Positions 1 through 10,969 of a stretch of DNA of 64,000 nucleotides are shown here, one piece after another; positions within the stretch are counted from its first letter, which is position 1; every line of letters begins with the position of its first letter. This DNA is from Chitinophagaceae bacterium. GTDB lineage: Bacteria; Bacteroidota; Bacteroidia; Chitinophagales; Chitinophagaceae. The stretch is from contig PMSV01000007.1 in the NCBI GenBank assembly GCA_003168265.1, positions 8,429 through 72,428 of the forward strand, given 5' to 3'. The position numbers and the translations under genes are program-made. The notes under the pieces are model-generated. The model was not told the DNA's origin. It worked only from the letters and a program-made list of their open reading frames with translations, and did no database searches.

Positions 1-490
1 TCGTAGGAAGGGACTGATCGAAAAAACTACCATCGAACTGATCCGGAAATTTCAGGTTGGAGCTATTGATCCGTTTATTGACATAACCTGCATTGAAGCC
101 GGCGGTAAGCAGGCTGGAATAGCCCAGCATCTGGTGATAAGCAGCAGACCCATATACCTCAGTGGAAGTTAGATTACCGGCACCGGCCTGATCACGCAAA
201 ATGGCGCCGCCTAATCCCAGCCAGCCGTTCTCAATCCGGTTTCGAAAGACCTGTGCATCACCCCAGACGCTCATAGTCTGGTAGGGCTCGGACATTATTG
301 AAGACCATTGGTTTCGATAATTGGCCCCGATTCGATAATCCCCATCGGGGATAAATCCTGTATTGGCTGGATTGGTGATCAGCGGGGCATTGAACCACTG
401 AGAAAAATGCAGATCCTGGGAATGACTTTGCAAACCCGGAAATAGAATGAATAGAACAACTAAAGTCCTCAGATATGTTTTCATAACCAT
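1..490 (-). CDS. PorP/SprF family type IX secretion membrane protein (3' end runs off the window)
   Basis: Not in the ORF track. Manual translation gives MVMKTYLRTLVVLFILFPGLQSHSQDLHFSQWFNAPLITNPANTG...RIGANYRNQW, the typical PorP/SprF N-terminus (QD.HFSQ...P...NPA.TG, YRNQW). Lies directly downstream of a type-B CTD protein. Confidence 0.9.
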   Translation of the reverse strand, partial: MVMKTYLRTLVVLFILFPGLQSHSQDLHFSQWFNAPLITNPANTGFIPDGDYRIGANYRNQWSSIMSEPYQTMSVWGDAQVFRNRIENGWLGLGGAILRDQAGAGNLTSTEVYGSAAYHQMLGYSSLLTAGFNAGYVNKRINSSNLKFPDQFDGSFFDQSLPT

Positions 491-523
491 AACCTCCTTT
501 CTTTCATTATTATGAAAAACATT

Positions 524-3500
524 TTACCTAATTAAGGTGATGTCCCCTTTCTTGAATCCTTTTTTTCCGTCAGAGAAAACCACTTCAACAATATAAGCAT
601 ATACGTCCATCGGTTGCGGCACTCCCTTGAAAGTACCATCCCATCCAATATTTTGATTATTGCTCTCGAATACAAGTTGCCCCCATCGGTTATATATTTT
701 GAAATCCATCTGGCTGATGCCGAAGCCCACGACTTTAACAATACTGTTCTCGCCAAACCTTCCCGGCGTAAAAGCATTGGGGACGTCAAACAAAGGATTA
801 ACAACGGTCTCCACGGACATGCATGCAGTATCGGGACAACCATTCTGGTTGATCGCTACCAGGCAGGCATTGAAAGTGCCGGTAGAATTATACTGGTGAA
901 TGACAGTATCCATGTTAGTGCGCACAGCCGTGTCTCCGTCACCGAATATCCACTTGAAAAGGATTGCCCCGATCGAAGAATTCGAAAATACGTTAGGTGT
1001 ATTGGCTACCGGCGGAACCGGAGTCGTAGTGAAAGAAGCCGTAGGTCTATTGCTCACCGTGATTGTAGTCTGTGTCGAATCAATGATATTGCATGTATTG
1101 GAATCGATCGCAACCAGCTTAACTGTGTATGTACCGACATTGTCATATAAATGTGTCGGACTCACATCTGTCGATGTGGTACCATCTCCAAAACTCCATA
1201 AAAACTGTTCACCTGCCAGTGAAGTATTGTTGAAATAGGCATTGTAAGGAACGCAACCAATAGCAGGCGTCAGGAACTGCGCCTTGACCAAAGGTGAAAC
1301 TGAAAGCAATTGTGTAGCCGAATCAGGATAATTGCAATAATCCGTGTCCTCCAGGGTGAGGCTAACATCATAGGTGCCGGCTGTAGCATAGGAATGACTT
1401 ACATTTTGTGTGCCGGTCGGTAAGGTTGGAGATCCATCCCCGAAATTCCACAGAAATGCGGTATCTGAGAACGGCTTGCCTGCAGCAGGTGTCGATGTAT
1501 TGTCAAAGACATAAGAAAGAGATTCGCAAGGAAGTTGTTTGAGCGCAACAAAACTAAGCAGTGCCCTGTCATTCCTGCCCAGGATATGCATATAGGCCGT
1601 ATCGGCAATATTGCAGGTGGAGGAATCGATAGCGATCAAACGAACAGTATAAAGACCTGTATTGGAATAAGTGTGAAAAACCTGGTAGCTGGTAGTCGTA
1701 GTATCGGGGGTTCCATCCCCAAAACTCCAAACATAGGTTTTTGCATTTTGTATGGTGTCTTCGAAAGTTACCCCTAATGGAACACATCCCATGCTGTCAT
1801 AACGGCCATTGATCAGGGATTTGATATTGGCTGCGACACCGGCAAAATTGAAAGATATCTTTACTACTGCCTCATTACATCCTCCCTGATTCGCGTCTCC
1901 GTTCTTGGTAGCCCAGGCATCCGGAGTTGCAGGCCAGATAATGCCGGGATCGGTATCACAGTTCGCACAAATCGCCTGATAGATCACGCCATTTTGGTCA
2001 TAACGGCTGGTACCTCCGTCCACATGTTCACTTAGAGACTTTCCCGGGATATCCTGCTGTCCGAAAAAAGTTCCATACAACAAGCTTGTTGCATCCCGTT
2101 TGATGACGATAAAATAGAAATCCCTCCCATCGGTATGCGGTTTTACGGCGTCCGGTGTAAAGCTCATACCGGTAGTCCCGGCCAAATTATAAGGATCCGG
2201 GACGATGGGGGCATAAAATGAACCCCAACCTGAAACATAAACATTCTGACAGCGGTCCACCAGGAATGCCACAGGAGAGATATTTGGTTGTTTGGCATTA
2301 ACCGATCCGAAAGTAGTGGAATATATAACTGCCGATAAGTCAGGTTGTAGCTTTTCAACGAATTGTTTGGATCCGGGATTGCTCCAGGCAGCATTCACTA
2401 CCGGCCAGGAACCCGAAGTGGTCCCCATCACATAAGGATAACCAAGTTTATCGAATTTGACTCCGTAGATCGGGTTATTCCCGCTGGTACCTAAATAGGT
2501 TGAATTTATAAGTTTACTGCCATCCGAAGATATGATCGAAACAAAACCATCGATATTTCCCTGAAATCTGCTTTGAACCGAGCCCGCCCCAATTCCCGGA
2601 AAATCCTGACTGAGGGTAGCTCCGCCAATATAAAGATTCCCTGTCAGGGGGTTGACGTCCATGACGAATGCTACATCCTCATCCGAGCCTCCCAAAAAAG
2701 AGGCCCAAAGTAAGCTGGTGCAGGTAGGCGAAATCTTAATCACTGCGGCGTCCTGCCCCCCTCCATGCTGAGTTGCCGGCCCCCCTTTGAAATTCGGCTG
2801 AAACACACCGGTAGTTACCGGAAAATCCGCAGATTGCGTACAAGTAGCAACATAGATATTATTCGCCCCATCTAAAATAACTTCTCCCCTGGACCAGTCT
2901 CCGTAGTTTAGAATAAGGGATTCTGTACCTAATTTTCCGTTCAATCCTCCCGTTTCATCCTGGTCGTCAATATTGACTCCATCATCGGCTGTACCGCCAA
3001 TCTTCAAAGAGCCGATGATCGCCGTACCCCCTGCATTGAATTTGGTTACATAGATATCCCGTCCTCCGCAAGGGCCAACTTTGACAGTCACAGGAAAATC
3101 TATAGAAGAGGTTCTGCCATATACGATCAGGTTGCCCTGATTATCGGCGATCATGCTGTGAGGATAATCGTTACCGCTTCCCCCTAGATAGGTTCCAAAA
3201 ACCCTTCCGCCTCCTCTAGGATCAAGTTTCAAAATGCCAACATCCCAGGGGATTGGTGAAAGGCCTCCTGCAAAATTGACTTGAAACGCGCCTGTTGTTA
3301 CCGGGTAACCATTGTCTAGTACGATTCCTCCCATAAAAGCGCTGCCATCCGGTCCAAAGGTTGCTGTGAATCCCCAGTTATCAGCATGGCTACCTGAAAA
3401 ACTCGCAAAATTCAAAGTTGGATCAATAATAATGGTCGAGTTTGGCGAGCGGTTCCCCAGTTTGAACCGGATAATATGGTCAGAAGCCTTGAAAAAACTG

Positions 3501-4171
3501 CATTCTATATCCTTTCTGCCCTGATCGTTCAATTCATAGGAATGAGGGACCATTTCTTTGACATCTCCGACGGAAGTATGTATGGTCAGTTCATTTTTTT
3601 TTATGCTCAGACTTCCTGCTCCTTCATAATTGAGTAGGATTTGGTCCGGATTCGCGCCCGGATGAATGATCAGGTTATATTTCAGCACCCCATTATCAGT
3701 AAAATAACGCAGGTCGATATTGGGATAAATATTCTTATAGGTAATTCCCTGATAGATCTTGCATTCCGTGGCCCATTTCGATCGGTCATTGCCGATGTAA
3801 TAATTATTGTAAGTCGGGAGAGCCTTATCCGGCAGGATTTCTGCATTTTCGTCCGCATTCAAAAAACTTACCCGATATGCATGGGAGTGAAGAACGAGCG
3901 AAGAAGCCCTGGAAGTTTTTCTTTGCTGGCTAAACCCGCCATGGTGGAATTGCCCGTCCTGGCGCATATCATCCGGATTATGGAGCAAAACCGTGAACCC
4001 ATTTCGATGGAGAAAAAAGGATCCTGTCCCGATATTTGCTTTGAATCGAACCTTCTCATCCCATTGCCCTTTGTTTTCAACGAATTCCAGATTTGAATAT
4101 CCTGTGCTCTGTGAGAAAGTTTTCAATGCGGTCAGAATCAACAGAATGAATATCAGTGATCGCTGTATCAA
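524..4171 (-). CDS. Secreted PKD-domain protein with SBBP-like repeats and gliding-motility (type B T9SS) C-terminal domain
   Basis: Signal peptide; N-terminal FVENKGQW domain; several W.FGDG PKD repeats; C-terminal VPNAFTP...IYNRWGQLVFES...WDG...G.ITLIR motif. TTG start. Confidence 0.9.
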   Translation of the reverse strand: MIQRSLIFILLILTALKTFSQSTGYSNLEFVENKGQWDEKVRFKANIGTGSFFLHRNGFTVLLHNPDDMRQDGQFHHGGFSQQRKTSRASSLVLHSHAYRVSFLNADENAEILPDKALPTYNNYYIGNDRSKWATECKIYQGITYKNIYPNIDLRYFTDNGVLKYNLIIHPGANPDQILLNYEGAGSLSIKKNELTIHTSVGDVKEMVPHSYELNDQGRKDIECSFFKASDHIIRFKLGNRSPNSTIIIDPTLNFASFSGSHADNWGFTATFGPDGSAFMGGIVLDNGYPVTTGAFQVNFAGGLSPIPWDVGILKLDPRGGGRVFGTYLGGSGNDYPHSMIADNQGNLIVYGRTSSIDFPVTVKVGPCGGRDIYVTKFNAGGTAIIGSLKIGGTADDGVNIDDQDETGGLNGKLGTESLILNYGDWSRGEVILDGANNIYVATCTQSADFPVTTGVFQPNFKGGPATQHGGGQDAAVIKISPTCTSLLWASFLGGSDEDVAFVMDVNPLTGNLYIGGATLSQDFPGIGAGSVQSRFQGNIDGFVSIISSDGSKLINSTYLGTSGNNPIYGVKFDKLGYPYVMGTTSGSWPVVNAAWSNPGSKQFVEKLQPDLSAVIYSTTFGSVNAKQPNISPVAFLVDRCQNVYVSGWGSFYAPIVPDPYNLAGTTGMSFTPDAVKPHTDGRDFYFIVIKRDATSLLYGTFFGQQDIPGKSLSEHVDGGTSRYDQNGVIYQAICANCDTDPGIIWPATPDAWATKNGDANQGGCNEAVVKISFNFAGVAANIKSLINGRYDSMGCVPLGVTFEDTIQNAKTYVWSFGDGTPDTTTTSYQVFHTYSNTGLYTVRLIAIDSSTCNIADTAYMHILGRNDRALLSFVALKQLPCESLSYVFDNTSTPAAGKPFSDTAFLWNFGDGSPTLPTGTQNVSHSYATAGTYDVSLTLEDTDYCNYPDSATQLLSVSPLVKAQFLTPAIGCVPYNAYFNNTSLAGEQFLWSFGDGTTSTDVSPTHLYDNVGTYTVKLVAIDSNTCNIIDSTQTTITVSNRPTASFTTTPVPPVANTPNVFSNSSIGAILFKWIFGDGDTAVRTNMDTVIHQYNSTGTFNACLVAINQNGCPDTACMSVETVVNPLFDVPNAFTPGRFGENSIVKVVGFGISQMDFKIYNRWGQLVFESNNQNIGWDGTFKGVPQPMDVYAYIVEVVFSDGKKGFKKGDITLIR

Positions 4172-4237
4172 TATATCTTTTTTACAAATTAATTAATTCC
4201 TGGTTATTGTTCTATTTCGTTATAGTTAAATCGTGTT

Positions 4238-6340
4238 TTATGATATCCGGCTCCAAACCGTTTTGCCCGAAAGTTGATCTAAAAGGCTTTTCAGATTTGA
4301 ATGAGAGGGAGAGTCCAGATCCGGATCTTCCTGAAGCAATTTCCAAGCCATCTGCCCTGACAAATCCAGCAATTGCTTATCCTTAACAATATCGGCAAGC
4401 TTAAAATCCAACAGCCCGCTTTGTCTGGTTCCTGCGATGTCTCCCGGTCCTCTGATCTCCAGATCTTTTTCTGCGATTCTGAACCCATCGTTGGTTTGAC
4501 ACATGATATTTAACCGCTCACGCGCCTCTTTGTTCAATTGTGAACCAGTCAGCAGGATACAATAACTTTTTTCCGTTCCCCTTCCAACCCTTCCGCGCAA
4601 TTGGTGCAACTGAGAAAGACCGAATTTTTCCGCGCTCTCAATGACCATCACGGTTGCATTAGGAATGTTTACTCCAACTTCGATTACCGTCGTAGAAACC
4701 ATGATCTGGGTATCCTGTTTCACAAAACGCTCCATATTCGTCTTTTTCGTTTCGTTTGGCTGCCTTCCATGAACCATGCTAATCCAGAATTTAGGCTCCG
4801 GAAACCAGGCTTTTAGGTTTTCATAGCCCTTCATCAAATTCTCATAATCCAGGGTCTCGGATTCTTCGATGAGTGGGAAAATAATATAAACCTGCCGACC
4901 TTTTTCAATTTCGGAGCGAAGAAATCCCATGACCTGCGCCCTCTTATTTTCATAACGATGGACTGTGATGATGGGTTGCCTGCCAGGGGGGAGCTCATCC
5001 ATGATGCTGGTATCAAGATCACCATATGCGGTCATAGCCAGCGTTCTGGGTATCGGAGTAGCAGTCATTACCAATACATGAGGAGGGATCTTTGATTTAC
5101 CCCACAATTTTGCACGTTGTGCCACTCCAAAGCGGTGCTGTTCATCGATCACAGCCAATCCCAGGTTCCTGAATTGTACGGAATCCTCGATCAGGGAATG
5201 GGTGCCGATCAGAATATCCAAATTACCTTCTGCCGCTCTCTCTTCTATTGAACGCTTCAATTTGGCTTTCGTGGAACCTGTTAGGATATCCATCCTGACC
5301 GGCATTTCTTTCAAAAGCTGGTTGATTGCTTCGAAATGTTGACGTGCGAGGATCTCCGTAGGGGCCATCAGGCAGGCCTGAAAACCATTATCAACTGCCA
5401 GCAGCATCGATAGAAGCGCCACAATTGTCTTGCCACTGCCTACATCACCTTGTAGAAGACGGTTCATTTGACTGCCACTGCCCATATCTTTTCTTAGCTC
5501 CTTTAGAACCCGTTTTTGAGCGCCTGTCAATTCGAAAGGAAGATGACTGGAATAAAACAGGTTAAATAATTCACCTACACGACCAAATACCACTCCCGTA
5601 GAAGACCTGTGTCTCCTGGACTTGATTAAACCCATACGGATTTGAGCAATAAACAGCTCATCAAACTTCAGTCTTTCCAAGGCGTGGCTGTATTCTATCA
5701 AAGAGGCCGGGAAATGAATTGATTTGAATGCCTGAAAACGGTTCATTAGTTTTTGTTCATTGATCAGGTAGGGAGGTAATATCTCCGCTATGTCTTTTTC
5801 GCTCAGCATGTTCAGAAGGGAAAGGCTCAATTTGCCCAACTGTCTGCCTCCCATTCCTTTTAAACTCAATTTTTCAGTGCTTGGATAGACCGGTTCCAAA
5901 AAACTCCGTCTCTGGGTCGAATCATCCACGATGGCTTCGATTTCGGGGTGAGTGATCTGCGGCTTTCCCTGGTAAAATCCTATTCGTCCGAAGACAAAAT
6001 AAGTCTTTCCTGGCTGAAGCATTTTTGAGACCCAATTTAACCCCTGAAACCAAATCAATTCCAGCGTCCCGGTTGAATCCTGAATTGTAGCTGCAAGCCT
6101 TTTAGCATTTTTCTCACCGAGGTTGTGCATGGAGATAATCCTTCCGATAATCTGTATATACTCGGTTTGCGGATTTATATCCCGAATTAGGCTTACCTCT
6201 GTCCTGTCAATATGGCGATAGGGGTAATGCTCAAGCAGCCCCCGAAAGGTAAATATTCCCAATTCCTTTTTCAATAATTCCGCTCTTTGAGGCCCGACTC
6301 CCTTGAGGTATAAAATGGGGCTGCTCAGTAGGTCTGCCAC
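4238..6340 (-). CDS. recG: ATP-dependent DNA helicase RecG
   Basis: LKGVGP N-terminus, QGDVGSGKT Walker A, DEQH box, QLRGRVGRG and DLEIRGPG motifs. Confidence 0.97.
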   Translation of the reverse strand: MADLLSSPILYLKGVGPQRAELLKKELGIFTFRGLLEHYPYRHIDRTEVSLIRDINPQTEYIQIIGRIISMHNLGEKNAKRLAATIQDSTGTLELIWFQGLNWVSKMLQPGKTYFVFGRIGFYQGKPQITHPEIEAIVDDSTQRRSFLEPVYPSTEKLSLKGMGGRQLGKLSLSLLNMLSEKDIAEILPPYLINEQKLMNRFQAFKSIHFPASLIEYSHALERLKFDELFIAQIRMGLIKSRRHRSSTGVVFGRVGELFNLFYSSHLPFELTGAQKRVLKELRKDMGSGSQMNRLLQGDVGSGKTIVALLSMLLAVDNGFQACLMAPTEILARQHFEAINQLLKEMPVRMDILTGSTKAKLKRSIEERAAEGNLDILIGTHSLIEDSVQFRNLGLAVIDEQHRFGVAQRAKLWGKSKIPPHVLVMTATPIPRTLAMTAYGDLDTSIMDELPPGRQPIITVHRYENKRAQVMGFLRSEIEKGRQVYIIFPLIEESETLDYENLMKGYENLKAWFPEPKFWISMVHGRQPNETKKTNMERFVKQDTQIMVSTTVIEVGVNIPNATVMVIESAEKFGLSQLHQLRGRVGRGTEKSYCILLTGSQLNKEARERLNIMCQTNDGFRIAEKDLEIRGPGDIAGTRQSGLLDFKLADIVKDKQLLDLSGQMAWKLLQEDPDLDSPSHSNLKSLLDQLSGKTVWSRIS

Positions 6341-6552
6341 GATGTTGTTCTGCTTGTTTGGGTAAAATTATGGAAATCCTTGTGTAAAGGTCAGAGGCTT
6401 CTTTGCCCGGGCATTCGGATAGTGCTGCTGGTTCTGGTAAGTTTCTCCAATTCATTTGAACAGCCAAATATTTGACTTAAATTAGTCCGCAGATACCGGC
6501 AGATCTTTCCTTATTTTAAGCAAAAAACGCAGGACTATGCTAAACCTATTCC

Positions 6553-7131
6553 ATGAGCTATTTTGAAAAGAGAACCTTCCTATCCGATCTTGCGGACAGG
6601 ACCGAACTCATCAATGCCGCAACCGGCAAATTCCTGCAGTTACCGGAAACAGCTCTACGACATAAGCCCTCTGATTCCGGATGGAATATTTCAGAAATTT
6701 ATCATCACCTCAACCTCGTGAATGGTCCATGTATTTCAGAAATTTTGAAAAAAATCACCACTCCCCAAGAAAAGGAAAGCGATATCCTTAATACAAGCTG
6801 GGTAGCAGATTGGATCTATGAAAAAGTCAAGCCAAAGGAAAATGGCGAATTATTCCGGATGGAAACCCTAAAATGCCTGCGGCTTTTTCCTGAAGACGGC
6901 CATCCCCAAAAACCGATCAAAGATTTCTTAGAACTCCAGGATACCCTGCACGATATACTGAATCATTCTTCCGCCCGTGACCTGCAGAAACTCAAAATCC
7001 CCTTTTTCTTCGTGAAGACCTTCCATTTCAGATTATGCGATACCTTAAGGCTTCTTGTGGCTCACAACGAACGGCATATGATGCAGGCGAGAAAAGTATA
7101 TTCGGAAATTCCCGCATTTCAGAATGGGTAG
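6553..7131 (+). CDS. DinB family protein
   Basis: W.I.EI.HHL and C-terminal AHNERH histidine motifs. Its end overlaps the dnaG end convergently by 13 bp. Confidence 0.8.
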   Translation: MSYFEKRTFLSDLADRTELINAATGKFLQLPETALRHKPSDSGWNISEIYHHLNLVNGPCISEILKKITTPQEKESDILNTSWVADWIYEKVKPKENGELFRMETLKCLRLFPEDGHPQKPIKDFLELQDTLHDILNHSSARDLQKLKIPFFFVKTFHFRLCDTLRLLVAHNERHMMQARKVYSEIPAFQNG

Positions 7132-9152
7132 AGTACCGTTCCTTTCTTTTTTGTAAGCTCGATTTGCATTTGCTTCAGGTGCGAATGCACTTCCTGGAAA
7201 TGTTTGATCTCTTCACTACTGGAATTGGGTTTTTTCAGGTCCTCTTCATTCAATAGCATAAGTCTTTTGATCTTTTTCAGTTTCAGGTAAACCAACACGG
7301 CTTCCACATCTTCTTTATATTGTTCAGTGGAGTTTCTTGAATAGATTTCTTCCGCTGAATTATCACTTTGCATCACTTTTTTTCTGAAATTTTCATAATT
7401 AAGCTTCCATATCTCCCTGTTGATGCTATGGGCCCGGTCTTCGTCATACCATCGATGACTGAGCTCATAGGGGTGGTTGGTTGATTCAATCACCAGTTTG
7501 ACTATTTCAGAATCGTCAGAATAAGCGAAATCGGAGATGCCGGGGTAATTCCCGGACATGGATTGAACTCTATAAAGATTGAGGATTTCCGGAACCTTCT
7601 TGTTCTTAAACATTTCCTCATCCATCTCTTCCTCGAAAATATAGTCTGCCACTGTCTTGCCATCGGACCAGTTCATAGGTCCGAAACTAAGCAACACTCT
7701 TACAAGGGCCCGCTCCTGAAGCTGATCCTGAAAAAGTATCTGGAAGGTTTCATCCTCCAGGTTATCCTGCCCCTTTTCTTCGGTTTGTTGCTGAACAATG
7801 GTGGCTATCCTGGACGGTTTCCTGGATTCCTCCTTTGAAATTTTATCTCTGATATGGCGGTTTACGAGGGTATGCAAACCGGCTTCCCCGATACCCAGAA
7901 TTTCTGCGCACCGATGAATATAATCCTGTTGCTTGGTGAAATCCTCCGCCTTGTTCAGTTTGGAAATGGTCTCGGCCAGTTGATTGACGACTGCGGCTTT
8001 GTGTGTGGAGTCTTCCCCGGCTTCCTTTAGTGAAACTTCCAATTGAAATAGAATGAAATCTTTTTTGTTTTCCCGGATAAAATTCCGGAAAGCAAGGGCT
8101 CCTACCTTATTTACATAGCTGTCCGGATCCTCCTTATCTGGTATCAGCACCAGTTTCACATCTAGACCTTCCTCAATTGCCATATCCAGCCCGCGTAAAG
8201 CCGCTTTGACACCTGCTGCATCTCCATCATAAAGAATAATCAGCCTGTTCGTGTATTTTTTTATTAGCCTGAGCTGATCCTGGGTCAGAGACGTTCCGCC
8301 ACTGGCCACCACATTCTCTATGCCTGCCTGATGCAGGGATACGACATCGGTATAACCCTCGACCAGTAAACATTCATCGTTCTGATCGATGGCCTGACGC
8401 GCAAAATAGGTGCCATAGAGAATCTTACTTTTCTGGTAGATCTCGTTTTCCGGGGTATTGATATATTTCGGAGCCCGGTCGTTTTTTTTAATGATGCGGG
8501 CTCCAAAACCGATGATCTTTCCAGTTTGGTTATGTACTGGGAAAATGACCCTGCCACGATAATTGTCAACAAGGGCTTCCTCCCTTTTCAACACAAGGCC
8601 GCTTTTTATAAGGTAATCCGGATTGTACTGGCTGGCAAGGGCAGTTTTTGCAAATGCATCGCGTTGTTCCAGGCAATACCCTAAACCAAATTTTTTTATT
8701 GTTTCTTCCCTGAAACCTCGCTCCTTCAAATATTCCAGGCCTGCCATCTTTCCCTCATCATCAGTAAAAAGCAAATCGCTGAAATAATTTCCCGCGAATT
8801 GATTAATGATATAAAGGCTATCTGAAACCTGCTGTTGTAATCGCTGTTCGGGGCTGGTTTCTGTTTCTTCGATCTCAATATTGTATTTGTTGGCCAGCCA
8901 GCGAAGGGTCTCGACATAGGAATATTTCTCATGCTCCATCAGGAAACTGATCGCATTCCCGCTGCGTCCGCATCCGAAGCACTTGTAAATCTCTTTGACA
9001 GGCGATACGGTGAAAGAAGGAGTCTTTTCGTTATGAAAGGGGCAAAGCCCAAGATAATTGGTTCCTCTTTTTTTAAGTTTAACGAATTCACCCACGATAT
9101 CAACGATATCGATGCGGTTCAGAATTTGTTGTATCGTTTCCCTTGAAATCAA
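7119..9152 (-). CDS. dnaG: DNA primase
   Basis: CPFHNEKTPSF...CFGC zinc finger, KYINTPE, VEGYTDV and YDGDAAG TOPRIM motifs. Confidence 0.97.
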   Translation of the reverse strand: MISRETIQQILNRIDIVDIVGEFVKLKKRGTNYLGLCPFHNEKTPSFTVSPVKEIYKCFGCGRSGNAISFLMEHEKYSYVETLRWLANKYNIEIEETETSPEQRLQQQVSDSLYIINQFAGNYFSDLLFTDDEGKMAGLEYLKERGFREETIKKFGLGYCLEQRDAFAKTALASQYNPDYLIKSGLVLKREEALVDNYRGRVIFPVHNQTGKIIGFGARIIKKNDRAPKYINTPENEIYQKSKILYGTYFARQAIDQNDECLLVEGYTDVVSLHQAGIENVVASGGTSLTQDQLRLIKKYTNRLIILYDGDAAGVKAALRGLDMAIEEGLDVKLVLIPDKEDPDSYVNKVGALAFRNFIRENKKDFILFQLEVSLKEAGEDSTHKAAVVNQLAETISKLNKAEDFTKQQDYIHRCAEILGIGEAGLHTLVNRHIRDKISKEESRKPSRIATIVQQQTEEKGQDNLEDETFQILFQDQLQERALVRVLLSFGPMNWSDGKTVADYIFEEEMDEEMFKNKKVPEILNLYRVQSMSGNYPGISDFAYSDDSEIVKLVIESTNHPYELSHRWYDEDRAHSINREIWKLNYENFRKKVMQSDNSAEEIYSRNSTEQYKEDVEAVLVYLKLKKIKRLMLLNEEDLKKPNSSSEEIKHFQEVHSHLKQMQIELTKKKGTVLYPF

Positions 9153-9430
9153 TTTTGACGGCTGGCAGTTGATATATGCGGCAAAAATAATGCTTTTTAA
9201 TCCGCCCGATCCTTTTTGGGAAATGCAGGGGCGGCTGATGCGTGGGCTTATTTTCGGTTACCCCTTAGAGTAATTTTCTTTTTTACTCTCTTTATAATGC
9301 ATCCTGAAGTTGCTATCTCGTCTGCAGAATGGAAAGAGCTGGACGTTATTCGTAATTCGAGTAGAAAACCAAGTATTTTTACTGAAAATAAAATAATAGT
9401 TTAGACGCTTTATAGTACCAACATTTTTTT

Positions 9431-10105
9431 GTGAAAACCGGATTATACCTTTTAGCAAACGAGCTTATTACGAATATTGCCATTGTTTTCTGCTTTGCTC
9501 CCTTTCTATTGGTGCTGCGAAAGAAACTATTATACCAGAAGACCTACCTCTTGATCGGGATTTATTGGCTGCTTACCGGTCTGCTCAATCAATACCGCTT
9601 TATCAGCCATGCAACTAATAATCATTTGCAGGCTCAATTGATGTTTGTCAGGAACCTGATCGGCATTCATTTCGTATTTGTCATTTTTTTAATTAGTTCC
9701 AAATTCACGAAAAGAAAGGGATTATTTTATTCCATGCTTGGATTTATTCTTTTTGAAGCCCTCATATTGATATGGAATGGTTTTGAAAATGGCCCCAACC
9801 TGTTGATCATTGGGATGGGCTCTTTTCTAATAATCATCCATTGCATTTTCGGGCTAGTGGGTTACCTGAAAGAAATACAACATAGCACCTTTGAAAATAC
9901 CATGGCATTTACATATGCTTCTTTTTTGTTTGCCTATAGCGGATCCACCCTGATCTGCCTGCTTAATTTGTTCAACGTTTCAAATTCGACAGACCCGGAT
10001 GAATTTTTCCTTTATTATGTTGGGATTCTATTGTCCTCCCTGTTATCCTGTTTCGGGTTATGGCAATATGCGGAAATACCCTCGTTTTATAAAAGTAAAA
10101 AATAA
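9431..10105 (+). CDS. Hypothetical polytopic membrane protein (about 7 TM segments)
   Basis: 224-aa ORF with seven hydrophobic stretches. GTG start is uncertain. Confidence 0.7.
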   Translation: MKTGLYLLANELITNIAIVFCFAPFLLVLRKKLLYQKTYLLIGIYWLLTGLLNQYRFISHATNNHLQAQLMFVRNLIGIHFVFVIFLISSKFTKRKGLFYSMLGFILFEALILIWNGFENGPNLLIIGMGSFLIIIHCIFGLVGYLKEIQHSTFENTMAFTYASFLFAYSGSTLICLLNLFNVSNSTDPDEFFLYYVGILLSSLLSCFGLWQYAEIPSFYKSKK

Positions 10106-10177
10106 AGCCTGCTTGGGTGGGGCTATCTTCTTTTTGCATAATTTTCCATTCATTTCTTTACTTAACACACATTTAAT

Positions 10178-10969
10178 ATGATACGGATTGCCTTCTGTCA
10201 TTGGAAAAAATCAGTTTTTGCCTTTTTTAGTATAGGTCTTCTGCCTCTATTCTTGTATGCGCAACAGGGAGATCCCAAAGCAACGGAAGTTTACAGTCCA
10301 GTGCCGCCTGTTGTGACTCCTGGTAAAGTCAACAGTGACCCGCCTTCAGATGCCATCGTATTGTTTGACGGAAAAAACCTGGACCTATGGCGCTCTGTCC
10401 GGGATACTACCCAGCCTGCCAAATGGATAGTGGCGGACGGCATCCTCACTGTAGAGAAGACCGCTGGAAATATTGAAACCAAACAATCCTTTACAGATTA
10501 CCAGCTACATATTGAATACCGGATTCCATCCAATATTACCGGAGAAGGGCAGGCCAGAGGCAATAGTGGTGTATTTTTAGCATCCACAGGTCCAGGCGAC
10601 GCCGGTTATGAATTACAGGTATTGGATAACTTTAATAATTCGACCTATGTCAATGGACAGGCAGGAAGCATTTATAAACAGGGTATTCCACTGGCCAATG
10701 CCTGTCGCAAACCAGGTGAGTGGCAGAGCTATGATGTCATCTGGACAGCCCCCCGTTTCAATGAAGATGGGAGCGTTAAAAGTCCGGCTTATGTAACGGT
10801 ATTTCACAATAGCGTACTTGTACAAAATCATTTTGAATTGAAAGGACAAACCCTTTATATCGGGCAACCCTTTTATAAGAAACACGGAGCCTGTCCGATC
10901 AAATTGCAAGCGCATGGAGATAAAAGCGATCCCCTCAGTTTCCGTAATATCTGGGTGAGAACACTTTAA
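10178..10969 (+). CDS. DUF1080 / 3-keto-disaccharide hydrolase-like secreted protein
   Basis: LFDGKNL..W, GNSGVFL, YELQVLD, GEWQSYD and LQAHG...FRNIWVR motifs; signal peptide. Confidence 0.9.
   Translation: MIRIAFCHWKKSVFAFFSIGLLPLFLYAQQGDPKATEVYSPVPPVVTPGKVNSDPPSDAIVLFDGKNLDLWRSVRDTTQPAKWIVADGILTVEKTAGNIETKQSFTDYQLHIEYRIPSNITGEGQARGNSGVFLASTGPGDAGYELQVLDNFNNSTYVNGQAGSIYKQGIPLANACRKPGEWQSYDVIWTAPRFNEDGSVKSPAYVTVFHNSVLVQNHFELKGQTLYIGQPFYKKHGACPIKLQAHGDKSDPLSFRNIWVRTL

Noticed and set aside
614-1150. 178-aa plus-strand ORF
   Set aside because: Antisense shadow of the PKD gene with no recognisable motifs.
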